From NCBI GenBank assembly GCA_041697335.1, contig JBGUGD010000007.1:128001-192000 (forward strand): a stretch of DNA of 64,000 nt, written 5' to 3'. Made by a program: the position numbers and the translations under genes. The notes under the pieces are model-generated. The model was not told where the DNA came from. It searched no databases and saw nothing but the letters and a program-made list of their open reading frames with translations. Within the stretch, counting starts at the first letter, position 1, and each line of letters starts with the position of its first letter. This stretch comes from Vampirovibrionaceae bacterium NZW_1234. GTDB lineage: Bacteria; Cyanobacteriota; Vampirovibrionia; Vampirovibrionales; JAGQHJ01. Positions 29,146 to 38,965 of this stretch are shown here, in pieces.

Positions 29146-31491
29146 ATGGGTATAATTACGTTTCAAAATTTAAATGTCGGCGCGTTGCTTGCTCAGAAGT
29201 CTAAGAGAGCCTCAACGCAACGAGGCACCCCAACAGAGGCCCCCATTAACAGGCGTTTGGGGGCGTTTGCAACGTCTTCCTCTATTTCCCCTCAAAACTG
29301 GAGAGCCTACAAGCTCCAGGTACCCCGGTTTGGACGCCACTTGACCCAAGGGGATCGCAATCATTTGCAGTATTTAGGTGCACATTACCTTGGCAATAAT
29401 CGGGCCGTTTTTCGGGTTTTTGCTCCTGCTGCCAAACAAATGCAGCTTCAACTGACATCTTCCAGTCATCACGGGGCCTACTATGATCCAGTGGCTCCCG
29501 ATGATACGCGAACACTCCCGATGAAACCTCATCCGAGAGACCCTCGGGTCTTTGAAATTGAAGTGGATCAGGTGGTGCCGGGCCACTTGTATCGGTTTGT
29601 TCTTGAGGCAGATCAATCCCGTCGGTACTTGAAAGATCCCAGATCGCAGTTTCAACCCAATGATACGTTTGGTTGGTCGCAACTGATCGATCATGGGGCT
29701 TTTCAATGGACTGATTCTCAATGGAAATCTCCATTTTCCCATCGCAATGACTCTGGTCAGTCAGGAATTCCACCCGGTATGGTGATGGCGGAACTCCATC
29801 TGGCGACCTTGGGGGGATATGATGCTGCTAAAAAAGAAATTGATCGACTTGCGGCAGAAGGTGTCTGTAATACGGTTGAGATTATGCCAATCGGAGAAGG
29901 CTATGGCAAGCTGGGGTGGGGGTTTGATGAGGTGGATAAATTTGCCCCTGAAAGTGGTTTAGGGAGTCCGGAAGCCTTCAAATCACTGGTGGATTACAGT
30001 CATAAAAAGGGTTTAAGTGTTGTTTTGCATGTCGTTCCCAATCACTTTGGACCCTATGGGAATGTCGTTCATGAGTTTGGTGAAGCCTTGGCCTCCAAGG
30101 ATACGGGGTGGGGCCGTCGGCTGAATTTTGACAGCCATAATCGTGACTATATGCGTGATTACATGGTTGACATGATGATGAACTGGGTCGTGAATTATCA
30201 TGTGGATGGATTTCGCATGGATGCGTTGCAAGAGGTGGATTCCGATCAGGCGATGAAACTGATGACCTCCGAATTGCGAAGTCATCCCGAGACGTCGAAG
30301 ACAATCCTGATCGCCGAAAGTATGACCAAATCCAAGCGTCTTACGGCACCTCTGGAAGCTCATTTTATTAACAATCCCGAAGATGAAGTCAACAAGGCCC
30401 AAGCATGTTCTACAGCGCTTCTAAAACAAGGTTATGATGCGCAAGAGATTTTTGATTTTCGAAGTGTCGTGACTGCTTTGGCGATGGATTGGACCATCTA
30501 CGACTGTTCCCCGAGTATTGATGACTTGGCGACAGTATTTCGTCAAGGACAGCGCTACTTTGAACCTTATGGTCAGCATTTACCAACACCACCAGGGTCA
30601 AACAATGTGATCTATGTCAGTGCCCACGACGAGAACGATACGTTCGGGGGAACAAGGCTAGTGCCTCGCTTAATTGCGACTCGGTTAGGTCTGACCCCGG
30701 ATCGACAGTTGACAGATGCCCATAAGCTTAACAAGAAGCCGTTTCGAGATGTATTACCCCTTTTAAAACTGTATCTTCAGCCTAATATGACAGAACAGCA
30801 ATGGAACCAACAGACGGGTGCTCTGGGGTTATCGTTTCAGGTTCCATTGAGTCGGTTTGCTCAGGCCTATCATGAGGCAAAAGCGCTTAATCGTTTAACC
30901 ATGGGGACAATGTTTGTCCATCCTGGACAGAAACGTGTCTTTATGGGCGATCAGCGAGGTGAACTGGCACCTTTTAATTTTAATGGCGAATATCCACCAG
31001 ATGCGAAACATGGGGATAAACCTCTGGCAGATTATGTTTCCGAGCAAAAAGGGTATCGACTGGGCCATGAGGCCTATGCTCAATCTTTGCTGGATCAACC
31101 CGAACTGACCGATCCGATTTGGCAGCGCCAAATGCTTTTATATAGTCAAGATTTGGCGAGATTGCTTCGTACGAACAAAGCTCTGAATAATGGGAGCTTC
31201 ACAAACCTTAAAACCGCTGTGAATCAGCAGCATAAGTTGTTGTTTGTTCATCGCTGGCAGGATAACCATGAGGTGATCGCTGTGATGAACTATGGAGAAA
31301 AGGACTTGCAGAATTTTTCTCTCAATAGCTTTGGCATTTTTCCTCAAGGAACTTGGGAAGAGGTCTTAAACAGCAACGAGGCCAAGTATGGGGGAGACGG
31401 CCAGAACGTGAACGGTGCAAAAGGTATTACTCAACAACAATCTCAAGTGTCGGTTCCTCGACATAGTCTTTTAATTTTTCAAAAGCGATAA
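29146..31491 (+). CDS. GH13 alpha-glucan enzyme (TreZ/branching-enzyme-like) with PRFG leader
   Basis: FRVFAP CBM48-like start; VVPNHFGP, DGFRMDA, IAES and SAHDE; C-terminal WEEVLNSN...YGG. Confidence 0.85.
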   Translation: MGIITFQNLNVGALLAQKSKRASTQRGTPTEAPINRRLGAFATSSSISPQNWRAYKLQVPRFGRHLTQGDRNHLQYLGAHYLGNNRAVFRVFAPAAKQMQLQLTSSSHHGAYYDPVAPDDTRTLPMKPHPRDPRVFEIEVDQVVPGHLYRFVLEADQSRRYLKDPRSQFQPNDTFGWSQLIDHGAFQWTDSQWKSPFSHRNDSGQSGIPPGMVMAELHLATLGGYDAAKKEIDRLAAEGVCNTVEIMPIGEGYGKLGWGFDEVDKFAPESGLGSPEAFKSLVDYSHKKGLSVVLHVVPNHFGPYGNVVHEFGEALASKDTGWGRRLNFDSHNRDYMRDYMVDMMMNWVVNYHVDGFRMDALQEVDSDQAMKLMTSELRSHPETSKTILIAESMTKSKRLTAPLEAHFINNPEDEVNKAQACSTALLKQGYDAQEIFDFRSVVTALAMDWTIYDCSPSIDDLATVFRQGQRYFEPYGQHLPTPPGSNNVIYVSAHDENDTFGGTRLVPRLIATRLGLTPDRQLTDAHKLNKKPFRDVLPLLKLYLQPNMTEQQWNQQTGALGLSFQVPLSRFAQAYHEAKALNRLTMGTMFVHPGQKRVFMGDQRGELAPFNFNGEYPPDAKHGDKPLADYVSEQKGYRLGHEAYAQSLLDQPELTDPIWQRQMLLYSQDLARLLRTNKALNNGSFTNLKTAVNQQHKLLFVHRWQDNHEVIAVMNYGEKDLQNFSLNSFGIFPQGTWEEVLNSNEAKYGGDGQNVNGAKGITQQQSQVSVPRHSLLIFQKR

Positions 31492-31597
31492 GGTGATTAA
31501 GAGAATCACATGAATTAATTAAGGCTATAGGACAAGTGTTTAGTATTCTTTTGTCATCCTTACGGGTACAGTAGATGATGAGTCTCAGCCAAACTGA

Positions 31598-32530
31598 GTG
31601 GTCTACATGTACCGATTCTTTCAGAATTCTGCCTATTCAGGGGCGGATAATCGATTTACTCGCCAAATGCAATCCGGGCTAACCTTTCTAAAATTGTTGT
31701 ACAAGAAAATCATGCGGGATGATTGTACCGGGTTGGCCAGCCAGATGGCCTATAACCTAATTATGTCATTGATCCCGGCACTGATTTTTTTAATCTCGCT
31801 TTTCGGAATCATTGGTCAACAGACCACTTTTTTGCCCTTATTGTTGAATAGCCTGGAAAAATTGGCTCCAGCACCTACATTCCTTCTTCTTAAACAGACC
31901 ATTCTATCGATTGTGGAAACAAGTTCTACACAGCTAACAATTTTGGGGCTTATTTTCTCTCTGTGGTCTGCTGCAAGAGGCTTAGGAGTTTTGGTTAAAG
32001 GTTTGAGCCGTGCATTTGTCATTCGAAAACAGTTGACAAAGTTTTGGTATGTTCCTGCATTATCGCTCTTGTTAATGGTTTCTTTCGGTGCCATGTTGAT
32101 TTTCTCTGCCAATATGATTCTGTTTGGCGATTTGGCCATCTCGTGGTCGGGTCAATATTTTCAGCTTTCTGATGTGGTTTTAACACTTTTAAACTGGGGG
32201 CGTTGGGTGTTAACTGTAGTTGGCCTCGTCTTTTTCACCAGTTTCGTGTATGCACTCGTGTTGCGCCCAAAACGTCATGGGATGGCTTGGCGCCAGTCTT
32301 TGCCAGGAGCGACCGTTTTTGTAGCGTTATGGATCACGTTGTCCCTATTGTTTCGTATATATGGTGATAGAATGTACCATTACAACCCTGTCTACGGATC
32401 GATGGGGGTATTTGTCGTCCTTTTGTTCTGGTTTTATCTGACTTCCCTGTTTTTGCTCGTGGGCGGGGAAATCACAGCGATCATTGCTTTATACGTGGAT
32501 AAAAAGTCTTTGAAATCGGAATTGTCGTGA
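31598..32530 (+). CDS. YihY/virulence factor BrkB family membrane protein
   Basis: LASQMAYNLIMSLIP and VYGSMGVFVVLLFWFYL...GGE. Confidence 0.9.
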   Translation: MVYMYRFFQNSAYSGADNRFTRQMQSGLTFLKLLYKKIMRDDCTGLASQMAYNLIMSLIPALIFLISLFGIIGQQTTFLPLLLNSLEKLAPAPTFLLLKQTILSIVETSSTQLTILGLIFSLWSAARGLGVLVKGLSRAFVIRKQLTKFWYVPALSLLLMVSFGAMLIFSANMILFGDLAISWSGQYFQLSDVVLTLLNWGRWVLTVVGLVFFTSFVYALVLRPKRHGMAWRQSLPGATVFVALWITLSLLFRIYGDRMYHYNPVYGSMGVFVVLLFWFYLTSLFLLVGGEITAIIALYVDKKSLKSELS

Positions 32531-32607
32531 TTAAATTGAACCAAGATATTGGAAACTTGAATATGCTGAAGCTGAAGTTAAATTCTCAGGTATTGTAGGG
32601 GTAGTTT

Positions 32608-33015
32608 GTGAGTATTGGTGAACTGGAAAAATCAGATTGGCAGGTTAACTCTGATCCGTTGGTTTACTCTGTAGAATTGAGAGAAATGATTTGGGCGGAT
32701 TTAATGGATCGGGTGGCCCAAAATTGTGATGTGGCATTGCGCCTGGTCACGTTATTTATTGAGAAATCCGGAGAAGATATGGCGCTTATTGCATTGGGTA
32801 TCGAGTGTCAGGACCCGGATTTACTTAGGTTGTCGTCTCATGGGCTTATGGGAGCGACAAGTTACTTTTCCAAGGACTTAGCCTACCCAACTCTGGCCAA
32901 ATTAGAAGCGCTTGCGAGATCGGGTTCATTTGAGACTGCAGAAGACCTCTTGATGCAATTAAAACAAGAGATGACACTTCTGCTGACTCTTTTAAAATCT
33001 TTTGTATCATCCTAA
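32608..33015 (+). CDS. Hpt (histidine phosphotransfer) domain protein
   Basis: SHGLMGA motif in a helical 135 aa protein next to a response regulator. Confidence 0.7.
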   Translation: MSIGELEKSDWQVNSDPLVYSVELREMIWADLMDRVAQNCDVALRLVTLFIEKSGEDMALIALGIECQDPDLLRLSSHGLMGATSYFSKDLAYPTLAKLEALARSGSFETAEDLLMQLKQEMTLLLTLLKSFVSS

Positions 33016-33171
33016 TCAGTAAAGGGTATTGTTTTTGTAAGGCTCATTCTGGTTAAGCCTGCTTATTTGAGCTGTTTCCCACGGAGTAGCATCTATAAAA
33101 ATCGTTTTCTTCATATGATAAAATGAATAAAATGTTGCAATCCCGTAATTTTCTTCAAATCCTTTACAATT

Positions 33172-33843
33172 ATGGAATTTTCGTCCAAAGGCCCGCCCAC
33201 ACCATTAAGGCTATTGATTGTTGATGATCATGAGTTTACACGAGCAGGACTCACTTACTCTCTTCAACAACGAGAAGGCATTGTCATCGTTGGCGAAAGT
33301 GAAAACGGTGAAGAAGCCATTCGCGCTGTAAACGATTTAAAGCCGGATGCCGTTCTCATGGATATTGTTATGCCTGTGATGGACGGGATTGCTGCAACAC
33401 AAGCTATCAAGTCTGATCATCCAGATATTAAAGTTGTCATGTTGACCGCTATTGACTCTATTGATGAAATCCATGCTGCATTATCCGCTGGGGCTGATGC
33501 GTATTGTATGAAAGATATTCATCCTGGGCAGTTGCTTCAGGTTTTTAATGTTATTTTTGAGGGTACTATTTGGCTTGCGCCATCCATTGCCCGGAAAGTA
33601 TTAATTGCTCTTTCTGAAAAACCAGAAGTACCTGCTTCCTCAAATACCACAGGCGAGTTGCGTCCTCGCGAGCTTGAGGTCCTGAAACTCATTTCTCAAG
33701 GGAGGAGCAATAAGGAAATTGCTCAGGAGTTGAATATCTCCGTTCCTACTGTTAAGGCCAATGTCAGCAGTTTGATACAAAAATTATCTGTCTCGGACAG
33801 GACGCAGGCGGCCATAAAAGCCATTCAGGATGGCTTGGTATAA
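33172..33843 (+). CDS. NarL/LuxR family response regulator
   Basis: IVDDH, LMDIVMPVMDG and a C-terminal LuxR HTH. Confidence 0.95.
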   Translation: MEFSSKGPPTPLRLLIVDDHEFTRAGLTYSLQQREGIVIVGESENGEEAIRAVNDLKPDAVLMDIVMPVMDGIAATQAIKSDHPDIKVVMLTAIDSIDEIHAALSAGADAYCMKDIHPGQLLQVFNVIFEGTIWLAPSIARKVLIALSEKPEVPASSNTTGELRPRELEVLKLISQGRSNKEIAQELNISVPTVKANVSSLIQKLSVSDRTQAAIKAIQDGLV

Positions 33844-34290
33844 ATCGCTAGCAAAGATGAGTAGATGTAGAGAGGACTAGTTCTTACGAGCGGTCTCTCT
33901 TTAGAGAAAAAATGACTCGCAAGAGCCCTGACCAAAACTCTGACCCGGTCGATTACTAGATTATTCATGACAGAATCGTCAATATGATCTTTGTGCTTTC
34001 CTCCTCCTCGTGAAAAAAGTGGGCTATTGATGTCGCAAGGAGTGCATTGGCCGAGTGCCGGTGGTCACGGATGACCTGAGAGGAGAGGTAGGGCAGGAAA
34101 GTCTGGCTAAAGGGTTTGACCCAGTATCGATCTACCAATTCAACACCGTATGGTTCAGGGTTTTACTAGCGGTATTATTTGTTGGGTTCGTGTTTTTCGA
34201 TATATTTGTTACAGTTGTAACTTTTGAATTGTCTTTCGAGTTCTTCTGTTTTATAGTTCATTTACCCGCACCTTAAGGAGAACTTTTTTC

Positions 34291-35376
34291 ATGTTAGGAA
34301 GACGTCTTGAAATTGCTGGACATATTCTGGATGATGCTAGCGATTGCTTTGTGATTGCTGAAATTGGCCATAATCATCAGGGGAGTGTAGAGACCTGTAA
34401 GCAATTGTTTGATGCCGCTAAGGATGCAGGGGCTCAGGCTGTTAAGCTTCAAAAGCGGGATAATAAGGCTCTTTTTACCGAAGCGTTTTATAACAGCCCT
34501 TATAATTCCGAAAATGCCTATGGGCCTACATACGGTCTGCACCGAGAAGCCTTGGAATTTGGTAAGGCGGAATATACAGAATTAAAAGCGTATGCAGAGA
34601 GTCTTGGGCTCGTCTTTTTTGCGACTGCCTTCGATATGCCCAGTGCAGATTTTCTGGAGGAGCTTGATGTTCCGTGTTTTAAGCTTGCGTCAGGTGATTT
34701 AACCAATATTCCCTTACTGAAATACGTGGCTCAATTCCAAAAACCTCTGATCTTAAGTACAGGCGGCGGGGATATGGAGGATGTCCAGCGGGCTTACGAC
34801 GCGATTATGCCCATCAACCCCCGGCTTGCCCTGTTGCAATGTACCACGACTTACCCCACTGAGTTTGAGAAGCTGAACTTGAATGTTATCACGACCTATC
34901 GAGAGGCATTTCCCGAGGTCGTGGTTGGTTTGTCCTCTCACGATAGTGGGATTGCGATGGCTGTTGCCTCGTATATGCTTGGTGCTCGTATTGTAGAGAA
35001 ACACTTTACCTTGAACCGTGCTATGCGCGGCACGGATCACGCCTTTTCTTTAGAGCCTGTTGGATTGAAGAAAATGGTGCGAGACTTGAAGCGTTTGCGA
35101 GTAGCCCTTGGGGATGGCGTGAAAGCAGCATTCCCTGAGGAGGCTGCTGCCCGTATGAAAATGGGTAAAAAAATCGTCGCTGCAAAAGACCTACCGCAAG
35201 GCCATGTGCTTACCGAAGGTGATTTGGCATTTAAATCTCCTGGAGATGGTTTGCCTCCGTATTATGCCGATGACTTCTATGGGAAACCGCTTCGCACCGC
35301 TGTCGTTCGAGACCAGGATATGCTTTTTGAGTTTGTAGATGCGGTGCAATCTGCGGAATTACAAGCTCTGGTTTAG
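34291..35376 (+). CDS. N-acetylneuraminate synthase (NeuB) family protein with SAF domain
   Basis: IAEIGHNHQG, KLASGD, LSTG, QCTTTYP and EKHFTL. Confidence 0.93.
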   Translation: MLGRRLEIAGHILDDASDCFVIAEIGHNHQGSVETCKQLFDAAKDAGAQAVKLQKRDNKALFTEAFYNSPYNSENAYGPTYGLHREALEFGKAEYTELKAYAESLGLVFFATAFDMPSADFLEELDVPCFKLASGDLTNIPLLKYVAQFQKPLILSTGGGDMEDVQRAYDAIMPINPRLALLQCTTTYPTEFEKLNLNVITTYREAFPEVVVGLSSHDSGIAMAVASYMLGARIVEKHFTLNRAMRGTDHAFSLEPVGLKKMVRDLKRLRVALGDGVKAAFPEEAAARMKMGKKIVAAKDLPQGHVLTEGDLAFKSPGDGLPPYYADDFYGKPLRTAVVRDQDMLFEFVDAVQSAELQALV

Positions 35377-35392
35377 TAATTGCAACGTCATT

Positions 35393-35441
35393 TAAAACAA
35401 GCGCCTCAGGATTATTTTTTTCCAATGAGGCGCTTGTTTTA
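35393..35441. terminator. Probable bidirectional terminator
   Basis: 16 bp inverted repeat TAAAACAAGCGCCTCA / TGAGGCGCTTGTTTTA between convergent genes. Confidence 0.75.
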
Positions 35442-35470
35442 TGGGCTCTTTCTGAAAGCGACGGTCAGCG

Positions 35471-37303
35471 CTAGACGGCAACTGTAGTTTCTTTGCTCTC
35501 TGTTGTAGACTCCGGTGAAGTGAGGCTTAAATCTTTAAATTGGGTATTGTAAAGCATCGCGTACGTTCCACCTTGGCTTATCAATTGGTTATGGGTGCCT
35601 TCTTCGGTAATACGCCCTTCGCTTAATACGACGATCCGATCGGCGTTGCGGATTGTGGATAACCGGTGAGCAATCACAATAACTGTCCGGTTTCTCATGA
35701 GCGCTTCGATGGCTTTTTGAACAATCGCTTCGGATTGGTTGTCTAATGCACTGGTTGCTTCGTCCAATATGACAATCGGGGCATCTTTCAGCAGGGCCCG
35801 AGCAATGGCGAGACGTTGCTTTTGGCCGCCGGAGAGGAGGACACCTCGTTCTCCAATCAGGGTATCCAGGCCATCGGGCTGGTTGGCAACAAAGTCAGAG
35901 AGAAAGGCCTTTTCCAGGGCATCATTAATTTCCGTCTCTGAGGCATTGGGCTTGCCGTAAAGCAAATTGTCTCGAATCGAGCCATTGAAGAGAAAATTTT
36001 CTTGCGTAACGAGACCAATATGTTGTCTTAAGGAGTCCAGGGACAAATCACGGAGATCGACTCCATCGATTTTGATTGCGCCTTCCTGTACGTCATAAAA
36101 GCGAGGGATGAGGTTGGCGACTGTTGTTTTTCCGCCTCCTGAATTACCCACCAAAGCCACGGTTTCACCTTTTTTAAAGGTGAGATTGATGTGATGAAGT
36201 ACCGGTCTGTCAGGGGTATAGCTAAAACACACGTTTTCGAAGCTTATCCCTTGGTTTACGCCATTAAGGACGATAGCATTTTCTTTATCCTGAATTGTGG
36301 GCTGAATTTTAAAGATATCAATCAACCTTCCCACCGCCATCATATACGTTTGGTTTCGCATCACCATGCCACCCAGGTTTTTAATGGGGTTAAACAGCAG
36401 GATGAGGGCAATAATAAACGAGGCAAATGCACCGGCTGTTAAACTTCCTGATGCCATTTCCTGGAATCCGAACCAGATGATGACTGCAATGCCAATGGAG
36501 GCAATAATGTGAGTAGACGGGGTGAGCCACCCTTGGAGTTTGATGAATTTCATATATTTGTTTAATAAATCGCGTTGATAATCATTAAACTCTTTTAACC
36601 GAATTGAGGCGAGGTTATAGCTGTAGACGACCCGAATGCCCATGGTTGTTTCGTTATAAAACGTCAGCATTTCTGACGAGAGGTTGTTGATTTGGTGGGA
36701 GACAACCCGGATGATTTTCCGCAATCGGGTTGTGGGATACACAATGAGTAATAGAATACCGATAGCGACGATGGCTAATTTCCAGGACGTGTAGAGTAAA
36801 ACACAAGACAATGCAACAGCTGAGACACTTCGGGTGAGTAAACCCTTACTGTTTTCAAGGAGTCCGGTCTGTAGTGTCGCCGCATCGTTGGAAAAGCGTT
36901 GAATAACGAAGCCGGTACCATTTTGATCAAAGAATTGAACGTCCATGGTTTGCAGCTTCTTGAACAGATCTGTGCGAATATTATTAACTAGGCGATATCC
37001 CAGCCAGCCATTCAGATATATCCAAAACCAGTTGAGGATGCCTTGGCAGACCGTAAATCCAACAATAACAAAAGGGATATAGCCATGAGCATGGGCGATT
37101 TCATTCTTATCCATTAAGGGTTTAATGGAATACGCAATGGCGGCATCCAGGCTGCCAATGGGAATACTAATGAAAAGCGCCACAATGGCTCTTAGCAAAT
37201 AGGGGCGAATATACGTATACAGCCAATAATAGAGGTAAAGGGTTGAGTATGTGCCGTCTTCACGGGGTTGACTGCGCTTTTGAATAAAGGCTGGAGGGGT
37301 CAT
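35471..37303 (-). CDS. MsbA-like ABC exporter (TMD+NBD)
   Basis: GNSGGGKT, LSGGQKQR and ILDEATSALD; six TM segments; likely start ATG 37303. Confidence 0.92.
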   Translation of the reverse strand: MTPPAFIQKRSQPREDGTYSTLYLYYWLYTYIRPYLLRAIVALFISIPIGSLDAAIAYSIKPLMDKNEIAHAHGYIPFVIVGFTVCQGILNWFWIYLNGWLGYRLVNNIRTDLFKKLQTMDVQFFDQNGTGFVIQRFSNDAATLQTGLLENSKGLLTRSVSAVALSCVLLYTSWKLAIVAIGILLLIVYPTTRLRKIIRVVSHQINNLSSEMLTFYNETTMGIRVVYSYNLASIRLKEFNDYQRDLLNKYMKFIKLQGWLTPSTHIIASIGIAVIIWFGFQEMASGSLTAGAFASFIIALILLFNPIKNLGGMVMRNQTYMMAVGRLIDIFKIQPTIQDKENAIVLNGVNQGISFENVCFSYTPDRPVLHHINLTFKKGETVALVGNSGGGKTTVANLIPRFYDVQEGAIKIDGVDLRDLSLDSLRQHIGLVTQENFLFNGSIRDNLLYGKPNASETEINDALEKAFLSDFVANQPDGLDTLIGERGVLLSGGQKQRLAIARALLKDAPIVILDEATSALDNQSEAIVQKAIEALMRNRTVIVIAHRLSTIRNADRIVVLSEGRITEEGTHNQLISQGGTYAMLYNTQFKDLSLTSPESTTESKETTVAV

Positions 37304-37572
37304 AAGCGAGACATCTTGCAGGTTGCGAACACGTGTGAGGTTATTCTGACACAAATGTGGTGTGAGATAAATCATAAGCTTTTACAAACCGTATTGGTTA
37401 ATGCTTGGGTGCTTCTGACAGAGGACTCATTGATTTCTTTGAGGCTGTTTTGGCTTATGGCCTTTTCAAATTGACTTCCTGTGTTCCCTGGTATATAACT
37501 CTAATCAAGGTTTGAGTGGCTTTATATCTTCTTGCCATGGTGAAGCCGGTATTAATCCTAAGAGATGCTTCA

Positions 37573-38139
37573 ATGAGCTTTTCCGAAAAGTTTGTACTCC
37601 AGAATGGGCCTGAGTCAGCTCCTATTAGTCCCTTGCCCGTGCCTGACCCATTGGCGGCTCAGGTTAAATTAGTGGTTTTTGACTTTGATGGTGTCTTTAC
37701 TGACAATGCAGTCTGGGTCTCAGAGACAGGAGAAGAATGGGTTCGTTGTAGCCGAGGGGATGGCTACGGGTTGAAGCTTCTTCGGGAACAAGGAATTTCC
37801 CTCTGTGTGCTGTCCAGTGAAATTAACCCGGTGGTTCAGGCTCGATGCACGAAATTAAAGCTGGATTGCTACCAGGGTTTCGAGGATAAGTCTTCCAAAT
37901 TCGCTGAAATTGTTGAGCAGTATGGTGTTTCATTAATGCAAACAGCCTATGTCGGTAACGACATTAACGATATTTGCTGTTTACAACAAGCAGGGGTCTC
38001 TGTGGCCGTCAGTGACGCTTTTCTTCCTGCGCTTGCTGCGGCACGCTATCAGACACAATTGCCTGGAGGCCATGGGGCTGTTCGCGAAGTCTGTGAATGG
38101 ATCTTTGCTTGTCGGCAGGCTTTGGTTGATCCACAATAA
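37573..38139 (+). CDS. KdsC/YrbI-type HAD phosphatase
   Basis: FDFDGVFTD, YVGNDIND and GGHGAVREVCE. Confidence 0.9.
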   Translation: MSFSEKFVLQNGPESAPISPLPVPDPLAAQVKLVVFDFDGVFTDNAVWVSETGEEWVRCSRGDGYGLKLLREQGISLCVLSSEINPVVQARCTKLKLDCYQGFEDKSSKFAEIVEQYGVSLMQTAYVGNDINDICCLQQAGVSVAVSDAFLPALAAARYQTQLPGGHGAVREVCEWIFACRQALVDPQ

Positions 38140-38143
38140 ACCT

Positions 38144-38965
38144 ATGGATGCGGTTTTAGAGCAATTTTCGTTGAAAAATACGGTTGCCGTGGTGACTGGA
38201 GCACTTGGCAAGCTCGGTTATACCTGGGTCAGGACATTGCTTTCGGCAGGTGCCATGGTAGCTGCTGTTGATTTGCCTGGTGCTAAAGCGTCTCCTGAGT
38301 TTGAAGCACTTCTCCTGGGAGAGGGTGCAGAACGCCTTAACGTGTTTGAAGCCGATGTGACGGATAAGGCGTCGCTTTTGGCTTGTCGTGATAAAATTCA
38401 TGACACCTTTGGGTTGGTGTCTGTGTTGGTAAACAATGCCGGTATTGATCAGCCACCGTCTGGGCAAGCAAAAATGTACACCCTTCCTGAGATCCCCATT
38501 GCCAATGTGCAGCGTGTGTTTGATGTCAATGTGATGGGTGCTTTCCTCTGCCATCAGGTTTTTGGTGAAGACATGCTTAAGCAGGGGCAAGGCAGCATTA
38601 TTAACATTGGGTCTCTTTATGCCTCTGTTTCGCCTCAAGAACGCTTGTATGATCATTTTCAAATGGATCCGCCCTTTCTGAAGCCCCCGGCCTATGGAGC
38701 CTCGAAGGCGGCCTTGATTAATCTGACCCGTTATTTTGCTGCCCATTGGGGTAAACACGGTATTCGTGTCAATGCGCTTTCTCCCGGGGGAGTTGAAGGG
38801 GGCCAGGATGACGAGTTCAAACGCAAATTTTGTGAGCGTGTGCCCATGGCACGCATGGCTCAGCTTGAGGATTTGGCAGGGCCGCTTTTGTTTCTGGCAA
38901 GTCCTGCGTCTCAATATGTTACCGGCACGGAACTTGTGGTTGATGGAGGATTTTTGGCATGGTAA
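38144..38965 (+). CDS. SDR family oxidoreductase
   Basis: TGALGKLG, NNAG and YGASK. Confidence 0.92.
   Translation: MDAVLEQFSLKNTVAVVTGALGKLGYTWVRTLLSAGAMVAAVDLPGAKASPEFEALLLGEGAERLNVFEADVTDKASLLACRDKIHDTFGLVSVLVNNAGIDQPPSGQAKMYTLPEIPIANVQRVFDVNVMGAFLCHQVFGEDMLKQGQGSIINIGSLYASVSPQERLYDHFQMDPPFLKPPAYGASKAALINLTRYFAAHWGKHGIRVNALSPGGVEGGQDDEFKRKFCERVPMARMAQLEDLAGPLLFLASPASQYVTGTELVVDGGFLAW

Noticed and set aside
33844..34290. Possible riboswitch or ncRNA upstream of the NeuB-like gene, and the 73 aa ORF at 34055
   Set aside because: I could not match a known RNA motif or a convincing stem set by eye; an Rfam/Infernal scan is needed. The ORF has no RBS or recognisable features.
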